Assembly (NCBI GenBank): GCA_018302985.1
Contig: JAGVZA010000014.1
Location: 7,184-71,183, forward strand
Length of the DNA stretch: 64,000 nt
Direction: 5' to 3'
DNA from: Candidatus Woesearchaeota archaeon
GTDB taxonomy: Archaea; Nanobdellota; Nanobdellia; SCGC-AAA011-G17; UBA489
Positions within the stretch are counted from its first letter, which is position 1. Each line of letters opens with the position of its first letter. Below the pieces are notes generated by a model, which searched no databases, had not been told where the DNA came from, and worked only from the letters and a program-made list of their open reading frames with translations. This document shows, one piece after another, positions 56,644 through 64,000 of this stretch. The translations under genes were made by a program, and so were the position numbers.

Positions 56644-57588
56644 TTACGCACCAAGATAACGTGTATACAAAGCACGTGCTTCAGTCTCATTTTTTGCTAC
56701 AATCAACACTCTTCCATCTGGAAAAATAGTTAAAGGCCCATATTTGACACAAGTACCTAAGTTTTTTGCTCCTCGTAGACGTTGAACTAAAGAAGATAAA
56801 GAAACTGCATGACCTCGAATCTGATAATATGAAGATCCACAAAACTTTAACACTGGACTGATATACTTACCTGATAAATAATCATAGGTTCCTTTGCACA
56901 CAGGACAAGAAGTATTTTTTTTAACTGTGAGTTTTTCAAAACTAGGAGTCCATGCATTAATATGGAATAAGTCTGGAGAGACTTTCTTGCCTAAAAGTAA
57001 TTGTAAAGTAAAAGAGACTTGTAAGCTGGCAATAATATGAGTAATGCTATTGATAACACCGCTTGTATCACACGTTTCCAATCCACCTACAGGTTTGAAC
57101 AAACAACGAAAACATGCTTGCCCAGGTAGAAATGCTTTAACATAGCCTTCATCTCGAATTGCTGATCCATAGACCCAAAGGAGTTTGTGTTTTGTTGCAT
57201 ATTCATTGATGAGAAATCTGGTTTCCATATTATCTGTGCCATCAACAATAAGATCTCCTTGAAGCAAGTGTACATTTTCATGATACACATCAGTGACATG
57301 ACTAACAATCTTAATGCCAGAATTAATTGTTTTCAAGTGAGTCAATGCAGCAACAGCTTTGGGTTGTCCAACATCAGCTTCAGTATACAAACTCTGTCTT
57401 TGTAAATTATGTTCTTCCACATAGTCTCTATCAATTAAAGTAAGTTTACCGACACCCGCTCTGCACAGTAGATCAGCGGCTACACTGCCCAAAGCTCCAA
57501 CACCAACAATCACCACATGTTTTTTGCTTAGTTGAAGTTGTCCTTGTTTGCCTATGTTCTTATACAGTTCTTGACGTGCATATCTCAT
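56644..57588 (-). CDS. ThiF/MoeB/UbaA family E1-like adenylyltransferase
   Basis: RYARQ, GVGALG, DRDYVEEHNLQRQ, DGTDN, ACFRC, TCDTSG, CPVC. Confidence 0.92.
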   Translation of the reverse strand: MRYARQELYKNIGKQGQLQLSKKHVVIVGVGALGSVAADLLCRAGVGKLTLIDRDYVEEHNLQRQSLYTEADVGQPKAVAALTHLKTINSGIKIVSHVTDVYHENVHLLQGDLIVDGTDNMETRFLINEYATKHKLLWVYGSAIRDEGYVKAFLPGQACFRCLFKPVGGLETCDTSGVINSITHIIASLQVSFTLQLLLGKKVSPDLFHINAWTPSFEKLTVKKNTSCPVCKGTYDYLSGKYISPVLKFCGSSYYQIRGHAVSLSSLVQRLRGAKNLGTCVKYGPLTIFPDGRVLIVAKNETEARALYTRYLGA

Positions 57589-57666
57589 AATAACTACCAC
57601 TTAATGAGGATTTTTAAAGATTGCCTAAAGGAAATACTTTTAAATGAACTAAATCAATGAAAAAGT

Positions 57667-58128
57667 ATGAAATTAAGAAATATCGTTTTAGGATCTGTCC
57701 TTGGTTCCAGTGTATTATATGGAGGCTTTTTAGGTGGAGATGTAATCTTTAGCAGTCTTCTAGAATCCTCTAAAAGACAAGTACAAGAACAAGAAGAAGC
57801 ATTCAAAGCAAGTGAAATACCAATACATGCAACAGTATTAAATGAAACTTATATCCCTGCTAGCGTAAATTTTGGATCTTTCTATGTCTTAAAAGTGCAA
57901 ACTAAAGAAGGAAGAGTATTAGGCATCAATGTGACAGATAGGCTTACAGGAATAACAAAAGAAAACTTAGACGCTCTCGTCTCAAAAGAATCAGAAGTTA
58001 GTTTTCCTAGTGGAAATCTCATATCTCAAAAAAGCAGTTATAGTTATCCTCATGGAGACGACACTTATTTTGCAGAAAAAACACAACTAGGAAACAAGCG
58101 TGTAGATAGAATTACTGTTTTGAAATAG
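57667..58128 (+). CDS. Secreted or membrane-anchored hypothetical protein
   Basis: MKLRNIVLG... hydrophobic N-terminus. Confidence 0.6.
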   Translation: MKLRNIVLGSVLGSSVLYGGFLGGDVIFSSLLESSKRQVQEQEEAFKASEIPIHATVLNETYIPASVNFGSFYVLKVQTKEGRVLGINVTDRLTGITKENLDALVSKESEVSFPSGNLISQKSSYSYPHGDDTYFAEKTQLGNKRVDRITVLK

Positions 58129-58168
58129 TCTTTTCTTAGTATGCTCTTTACAAATTAAAAGAATATAT

Positions 58169-60724
58169 TTATGCTTTATAATCGCTCTTGATAAACAATT
58201 TAGAAAACTCTAAAACAATAAAGCATGCTAGAGCCATACCTATGCTTTGCGCCCAGTCAAAAAATGTTAAAGGCACTACTTTAAAGGCGACACCGATAGG
58301 AGTATAGAGTAAAACAATGTGCATGCCTATGGAAACTAACGCTGCTAGATGCAGCCATTTATTGGAAAATAAATTAGTAAATGGCTTGGAAGATTTACAA
58401 TTATAAGCACGTAAGATTTCGAAGAGAATTAAAGTGGTAAGTGCAATGCTCCTGACTTCAGCTAGATCTTGACCAGCTTCATATTCGATAATAAAGACTC
58501 CCAACACTAAAAGAGTTCCAATAATTGCAGTATAAACAATATTTTGTTTGAGTCCAGTAATAATATGTTCTTTAGGGCTTCTAGGTTTTCGTTTCATGAC
58601 ATCATCACTAGGAGCATCAACCGCTAATGCCAGTGCAGGCCAGCTGTCAGTCATTAAGTTCAACCATAAGATCTGTAAAGGAAGTAAAGGAAGTGGCATG
58701 CCAATGAGGAGAGCACCAACAATAATACCTACTTCAACAGCATTTGCACTCAAGAGATAGTTAACAAATTTCTTAATATTATCATAGACAACTCTTCCTT
58801 GCTCTACAGCAGAGACAATAGAAGAAAAATTATCATCAGTTAAAATCATGTCAGCGGCATCTCTGCTCACATCTGTTCCTTTCAAAGACATAGCAACGCC
58901 AATATCAGCATTCTTCAGCGCAGGAGCATCATTTAATCCGTCGCCAGTCATCGCAACTATGTCTCCATTAGCTTGTAAGGCTTTCAAAATTTTGACCTTA
59001 TGTGATGAAGAAGCACGTGCAAACATCGTATATTTTTTCACTAACTCTTGCATATCTGCTTCAGTTGCAGCTTCTAATTCTGCTCCACTTAGAACTTGTC
59101 CTTCAAAACCAATTTGCTTGCCTATAGCTTCTGCAGTTAAGGGGTGATCTCCAGTAATCATGACAGCGCGAATACCTGCTTGTTTACACAAGGCCATAGC
59201 TTCTCTGACACCTTCTTTTGGAGGATCAATCATACCCATTAAACCAACAAAATGCATGTCTTCATCTTGTTTGATGGCCATGGCAAGAACACGTAAAGCG
59301 CTTTGTGCTAGTAACTCATTAGTGCTTAAGATTTTTACTCTATCTCTATCAATCAAGCGTCGTTTTTTTCCATCAATGATAATGCTAGTGCACATAGCAA
59401 GAATAACTTCAGGTGCTCCTTTGTAAAATGTAAACCCTTTGTGAAGAGTTGCCATATATTTCTTTTCAGCTTCAAAAGGAATCTCTCCAGTTCTTTCTAT
59501 TTTTTCATGAATGCCGCCCTTTTTAGCGGTATAAATCAAAGCCATCTCCGTAGGATCTCCAACAGTGTCAGTCGCGTTGTTGCAGGAAGCAGCAATATTC
59601 AGAAGTAATTTGAAATCTTTAGCTTCAACTTCCTTGCCTTGAATAGTAAAAGATCCTTCAGTGCTATATCCATAGCCTCCAACATCAATCAATTGATTAT
59701 TAACATACATTTTTTTTACAGTCATTTCGTTTTTAGTCAAGGTGCCGGTTTTATCAGAACAAATAACAGTAATGCTACCTAAAGTCTCAATGCTCTTGAG
59801 TCGTTTGACCAGAACTTTTCTTTTGATCATATATTGAACACTTAAGGAAAGACAAATAGTGACTACTGCTGGTAATCCTTCAGGCACAGCAGCAACAGCT
59901 AGACTAATTGCAGTCAATAAAGTTTCAAAGAATTCCATGCCGCGTAATAATCCAAATAAAAATATAAATGTACAAATACCAATCACTAAAAATCCCAAAA
60001 AACGTCCTAGTTGCTTTAATTTCTTTTGCAGAGGAGTAGTATGAGTTCCAACTTCTTGAACCATTTTGGCAATTTTTCCTAATTCTGTTTTCATGCCAGT
60101 TTCAACTACAATGCCTTTGCCAGTCCCGCGAACAACAATAGTACTGGAATAGAGCATATTGATTCTTTCAGCTAAATTAACCAGTCTAGGCAAAGTTTTG
60201 ACAAATTTGCTGCACGGAAGACTTTCTCCAGTTAATGCAGCTTCATTGGTTTGCAAATTATTAGCGTCAAAAATACGAATGTCTGCTGGAACTTTATCCC
60301 CAGCTTCAACAAGCACAACATCACCTGGAATTAATTCTGTAGAAGGAATCTCTTTGACAACACCATCACGTAGAACTTTAGCTTTTAATACAGTTAATTG
60401 TTGTAAGAGTTGGACAGCGCGTTCTGCTTTGTATTCTTGAAAAAATCCCAATAAGGCATTAAAGAAAAGAATTGCTAAAATGACATACGCATCTAAATAT
60501 TCTCCTAAGAGAAAAGAAACAATGGTAGCAAAAAGAAGAATATAAACAACAGTTTCCCTAAATTGCCTGAGAAAAATCTTCCAAGGAGGATCTCGGCGTT
60601 CTAGTTTAAGTTTGTTTTCACCATACTCAAGAAGACGTCTTCGTGCTTCTACATCGCTTAATCCATTAGTAGAACTCTGTTTGTCCCTAAGCACCTCTTG
60701 TACATCTTGACTATGATAAGTCAT
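58169..60724 (-). CDS. P2A-type (Ca2+/cation) transporting ATPase
   Basis: LTGES, PEGLP, DKTGTLT, KGAPE, TGD, GDGLNDAP, WLNLMTD. Confidence 0.93.
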   Translation of the reverse strand: MTYHSQDVQEVLRDKQSSTNGLSDVEARRRLLEYGENKLKLERRDPPWKIFLRQFRETVVYILLFATIVSFLLGEYLDAYVILAILFFNALLGFFQEYKAERAVQLLQQLTVLKAKVLRDGVVKEIPSTELIPGDVVLVEAGDKVPADIRIFDANNLQTNEAALTGESLPCSKFVKTLPRLVNLAERINMLYSSTIVVRGTGKGIVVETGMKTELGKIAKMVQEVGTHTTPLQKKLKQLGRFLGFLVIGICTFIFLFGLLRGMEFFETLLTAISLAVAAVPEGLPAVVTICLSLSVQYMIKRKVLVKRLKSIETLGSITVICSDKTGTLTKNEMTVKKMYVNNQLIDVGGYGYSTEGSFTIQGKEVEAKDFKLLLNIAASCNNATDTVGDPTEMALIYTAKKGGIHEKIERTGEIPFEAEKKYMATLHKGFTFYKGAPEVILAMCTSIIIDGKKRRLIDRDRVKILSTNELLAQSALRVLAMAIKQDEDMHFVGLMGMIDPPKEGVREAMALCKQAGIRAVMITGDHPLTAEAIGKQIGFEGQVLSGAELEAATEADMQELVKKYTMFARASSSHKVKILKALQANGDIVAMTGDGLNDAPALKNADIGVAMSLKGTDVSRDAADMILTDDNFSSIVSAVEQGRVVYDNIKKFVNYLLSANAVEVGIIVGALLIGMPLPLLPLQILWLNLMTDSWPALALAVDAPSDDVMKRKPRSPKEHIITGLKQNIVYTAIIGTLLVLGVFIIEYEAGQDLAEVRSIALTTLILFEILRAYNCKSSKPFTNLFSNKWLHLAALVSIGMHIVLLYTPIGVAFKVVPLTFFDWAQSIGMALACFIVLEFSKLFIKSDYKA

Positions 60725-60800
60725 AAGATTCTCGAGATTATTGGCTTTTTATATAGTTTACGTTAAAATGAGATATCTAACAAACATCAGATCTTCAGGA

Positions 60801-61841
60801 TTACAAAGCTATTATTTCAGCTAATTTTCTTTTTTTTAGGCTTCCTCTTGCTCGATCAGGATAATTTTTAAAGAACATATCATAACATCCACTAACAAAC
60901 CCATCATGGCTTATTCTAACGTCTCTAATAAGAGTTCTAGGTGCAGGAATATAACTTATGTAGATGTTTCCAAACCTAGTAAAGATAGTTGCATAATCAT
61001 CTATCATTAATTTTCCTAACTCTATTATTCCTCTTTCTACAAGTAAATCCATTAATGGTTTTTGTGTATCATAATCTACTTTTAATAAGAGTTGATCTTG
61101 ACTCCCCAGCCAAGCATTTGCTTCAGTTTTTAATCTTTCATAGGTATCTGTTACTTGTTCTTTAGTTATTCCAATGTCTTTTCCATTTTGGTTTATACTT
61201 ACTACATACGGAGAAACCATGAATCTTTTTACTCCTCTTTCTTGTAATTCTCCAATCATTTTTTTGATTAGAGAAACATCATTGTTTGCGCCCATTAAAG
61301 TAAAGCTGATGAATAATCTATCTGAGAAACTAGAGCCTTGACAGAGTATCTTCTCAATTGCAGATAGAGATTTGTCATAATTTCCAAAACCTCTAACAGA
61401 ATCATGAATCTCTCTTGTTCCATCTATGCTAATGTCTAAATATGTTGGATCAGCCTCAATTAACTGTTTTATTCTTTCATCGTCAAATGAAGTAGCATTT
61501 GTAACAAGACCATATCTTATTCTTGGATTTTCCTGCTTCTTTTGCTTTAAAAAATTTAAAAGTTGAACTGATTTATTCCATGCAAGAAGTGGTTCTTTTC
61601 CAACATTTCCAAAAGTTAAGGCGCCCAACTCCAAAGCTTGATTAAATATATTTTGCCATTCTTCAACTGATAAGGCATTTTTAGGTTCTTCATAACCAAC
61701 ATAACAATGTCTACAGCTTAAATTACAAACGTTATTAACAAAATAAGATATCTCTAATGGTCCTCTTATAAAATCTTGCCTATGCAATGTAGAAGACTTA
61801 ACATTTATACCCCCATTACTCCCAGAAAATCCTAATGCCAT
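60801..61841 (-). CDS. Radical SAM enzyme (SPASM/twitch-type core, truncated auxiliary domain)
   Basis: CNLSCRHC, GKEPLL, VTNA, ISIDG...HD.VRG; C-terminal ISHDGFVSGC with one Cys. Confidence 0.9.
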   Translation of the reverse strand: MALGFSGSNGGINVKSSTLHRQDFIRGPLEISYFVNNVCNLSCRHCYVGYEEPKNALSVEEWQNIFNQALELGALTFGNVGKEPLLAWNKSVQLLNFLKQKKQENPRIRYGLVTNATSFDDERIKQLIEADPTYLDISIDGTREIHDSVRGFGNYDKSLSAIEKILCQGSSFSDRLFISFTLMGANNDVSLIKKMIGELQERGVKRFMVSPYVVSINQNGKDIGITKEQVTDTYERLKTEANAWLGSQDQLLLKVDYDTQKPLMDLLVERGIIELGKLMIDDYATIFTRFGNIYISYIPAPRTLIRDVRISHDGFVSGCYDMFFKNYPDRARGSLKKRKLAEIIAL

Positions 61842-61843
61842 GG

Positions 61844-62062
61844 TTAATCTTCAATCTTTTCAGCTAGTCCACTCTCTCTTTTCAGATTTCTGTCTAAGTC
61901 TTCAAGAGCAGTTATAAGTTTTTGATATAGAGGTTTAACTTCTTGAGGGGCTATATCTTTAAGAGTCCGATATTTTTGTAAACCTGCTGCTATATCTGCA
62001 AGTTCAAATCTTCTGTACGCATCTGCAATTCCACCATTACTTCCTGAAATGCCTATTGCCAT
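61844..62062 (-). CDS. Small protein sharing its N-terminal motif with the adjacent radical SAM enzyme
   Basis: 72 aa; MAIGISGSNGGI vs MALGFSGSNGGI; stop 2 nt before the enzyme start. Confidence 0.8.
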   Translation of the reverse strand: MAIGISGSNGGIADAYRRFELADIAAGLQKYRTLKDIAPQEVKPLYQKLITALEDLDRNLKRESGLAEKIED

Positions 62063-62185
62063 AATTTATATAAGTATTAGTTAAATATTAAAATTCCTAT
62101 TGTATTTTCCTAAAAAAATAAAGATATTAAAGATTAAATTTAGTATAATAGAAACATTTATAAATTTAATGCGCACTGTTTAAAT

Positions 62186-63133
62186 ATGAAATTAGACACT
62201 ATAGACAAGAAACTCTTAACCTATCTTTATCATAATTACCGTTCTCCTTTAACAAAGATAGGAAATGAATGTAGAATCTCAAGGGACCAAGTTGAATACA
62301 GATTAGAAAAGTTTGAGAAATCAGGCTTAATAAAGAAATATCTTACAGTTTTTAACTATGCTTTACTAGGATTTAATGACTTATTTATTGTATATATGAA
62401 GACTAAAAATAAAGAAAAGGTAAAATTATCATTGCAAGCCATCAAAAATACCCTTTCGGTTGGAGATGTTGTTTCAAGTTTTGATATTTTTGTTAATTTT
62501 ATTTGTGAAAATAAGAATGAATTTGACTCGATATTTAGTTCATTTTTAGAAAAACATAAAGAGGAAATTCAAAGTTATGAGATATTTAATACAACTTATG
62601 CAGAGTTTTTTCCTCTAAAAGCATTTGGAAATCAAAAAAATGAAATTTCCTATAAGGCAGTAGAGCCAAAGCAAAAAATAGATCTGGATAAAAAAGAAAT
62701 CGATATTCTTAAAGAACTGGAAAAAAATGGAAGGTCTAAAATTATAGATATTGCTTCCAAAATAGGAATTTCAGGAGAATTAGCTTTGTATAAACTAAAG
62801 CAATTAAGAAAAAAAGAAGTAATCCTTGGAAATAGAATACAATTTGATATGCAAAAGCTAGGTTTTTACTTCTCAATTTTGAGATTAAAAGTAAAGAATT
62901 TAGACCAAATCTTAAAGGAAAAAATAAGACATTTTTGTAAAACTAAAAAATATACAAATGCTTTGATTTTTAGTATTTCAGACTATAATGTATTAATTCA
63001 GTTATTCTACCAGAATGAAGATGAATTAAGAAAGGCAATAAACGAATTAAATGAAGAGTTTAGAGAGTATATAACTCAAGATTCTTTGATATTGATTGAA
63101 AATGAAATGACTGCTAGGACAATTCCGTTTTAA
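62186..63133 (+). CDS. Tandem (double) Lrp/AsnC family regulator
   Basis: LDTIDKKLL...NYRSPL and LDKKEIDIL...NGRSKI units; divergent from the small protein/rSAM pair. Confidence 0.88.
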   Translation: MKLDTIDKKLLTYLYHNYRSPLTKIGNECRISRDQVEYRLEKFEKSGLIKKYLTVFNYALLGFNDLFIVYMKTKNKEKVKLSLQAIKNTLSVGDVVSSFDIFVNFICENKNEFDSIFSSFLEKHKEEIQSYEIFNTTYAEFFPLKAFGNQKNEISYKAVEPKQKIDLDKKEIDILKELEKNGRSKIIDIASKIGISGELALYKLKQLRKKEVILGNRIQFDMQKLGFYFSILRLKVKNLDQILKEKIRHFCKTKKYTNALIFSISDYNVLIQLFYQNEDELRKAINELNEEFREYITQDSLILIENEMTARTIPF

Positions 63134-63213
63134 ACTAGAACTATTGGAAAATTCGATTAATTCCAGCCATTTATCGTCGTTTACGTTCAACTAGTCTAGG
63201 AAATGGAACAGTG

Positions 63214-63954
63214 TTATTCTTCTGATTTATGAGCTATCCAAATGCTTTCAAAATACTGTCTAAAAGATGCAACAACTAAGCTCCCTTTTAATAAGAATAA
63301 AGACGGCTCTTCTTTCCATTGCACAATCGCAACAGCATGGGGAAATATAACAATCGGAACATAGGTTTTTTGAGGTAAATACTTGACTGTTGTTTTCTTT
63401 AGAGAGGTATAGTATTGTCCAATAGTCTCTTTCAGATCCTTATTCATAAGTACACGTTGAGTTATCTTTTTCTGAATTCTTCTGCGATTAAAATTTTTAT
63501 AAAATGTTCTGTAAGTTCTACTGGAGATATCTTCTCCTCCTCTTGCACCTAAAACCAAGAACTCATCTCCTGCTTTACTCTCTGCAAGCATTTGTTCATA
63601 AGCTGCACGTAATCCTTTATATCCCACAAACAGTAATGCTTCATCTTTTTCTTTTGCCGGTATTTTTTGTAGGAGTGTAGGTAGGGCTTCTTTTATTTTT
63701 TGATAAGTTTCAAGAGCATGTCTTTCCAAGATATAGGGGCTAGATGCCTGGTAGAGTCTTCTCTTTCCTCGTAGGAAAAAAACAACAAGTCCTTTTCTTT
63801 GCAAACTTTCCATGACATAGTATGCGGTGCTTCTCTGAATACGCAGTTTTTTTGCCATTTCTCCTGTGGTAGCATGATCAACTGCTAAGAGCTGTAGATA
63901 CATGCTGCTTTCTAACTCTGTTAGTCCTAGTTGTTGCAATAATGCTTCTTTCAT
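63214..63954 (-). CDS. TrmB family transcriptional regulator
   Basis: LGLTELESSMYLQLL...RSTAYYVMESLQRKGLV. Confidence 0.88.
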   Translation of the reverse strand: MKEALLQQLGLTELESSMYLQLLAVDHATTGEMAKKLRIQRSTAYYVMESLQRKGLVVFFLRGKRRLYQASSPYILERHALETYQKIKEALPTLLQKIPAKEKDEALLFVGYKGLRAAYEQMLAESKAGDEFLVLGARGGEDISSRTYRTFYKNFNRRRIQKKITQRVLMNKDLKETIGQYYTSLKKTTVKYLPQKTYVPIVIFPHAVAIVQWKEEPSLFLLKGSLVVASFRQYFESIWIAHKSEE

Positions 63955-64000
63955 ATAGTTGTCCAGTAGAATACTACAAATATTTAAATCTATCTCTTCT

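Noticed and set aside
61806-62062. Shared N-terminal motif as a recent DNA duplication or assembly artefact, or as a Mur-ligase GSNGK P-loop
   Set aside because: Six synonymous differences in 12 codons rule out a simple copy. The motif lacks the P-loop Lys and any Mur domain.
143-63881. Numerous 60-140 aa ORFs on the opposite strand or in other frames (e.g. 143-361, 834-1025, 4402-4827, 32890-33276, 58848-59147)
   Set aside because: They lie entirely within well-supported genes and show no motifs; these are shadow ORFs.
1-64000. CRISPR arrays, IS elements/transposases, rRNA genes, integrases
   Set aside because: No regularly spaced repeats, transposase or recombinase motifs, or rRNA-like GC-rich tracts were seen by eye.

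Overview
AT-rich, gene-dense archaeal DNA, most likely a DPANN (Woesearchaeota-like) chromosome. This is inferred from diphthine synthase, two BHB-intron tRNAs without encoded CCA, three TrmB and two tandem Lrp/AsnC regulators, a class III signal peptide, and an archaeal-type ThrRS editing domain. Contents in order: a copper-export cluster; a compact group 3b-like [NiFe]-hydrogenase cluster with HypC, protease, Ni transporter, ferredoxin and a TrxB-like flavoprotein; a Cys/Met-rich membrane and cupredoxin module; NDH-2; tRNA-iMet (two introns) and tRNA-Ser(GCU); dph5; a hybrid thrS; a PrnB/IDO-like heme enzyme; tRNA-modification genes (trhO, dus, ttuA/thiS/thiF); a HicB-HicA fusion; a complete suf operon; many orphan ORFs; and two further P-type ATPases. 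No rRNA, CRISPR array or IS element was seen. Best candidates for new biology: (1) a 72-aa protein and the adjacent radical SAM enzyme share the same N-terminal 12-residue motif (MAxGxSGSNGGI), conserved at protein level but diverged at synonymous sites; (2) a nuclease-dead LAGLIDADG protein with a four-Cys tail is translationally coupled to sufB; (3) the ThrRS has an intact archaeal editing domain plus a decayed bacterial one; (4) an intact-ORF P1B-ATPase has lost its CPC and TGE motifs. All family calls come from motif recognition by eye, not database searches.
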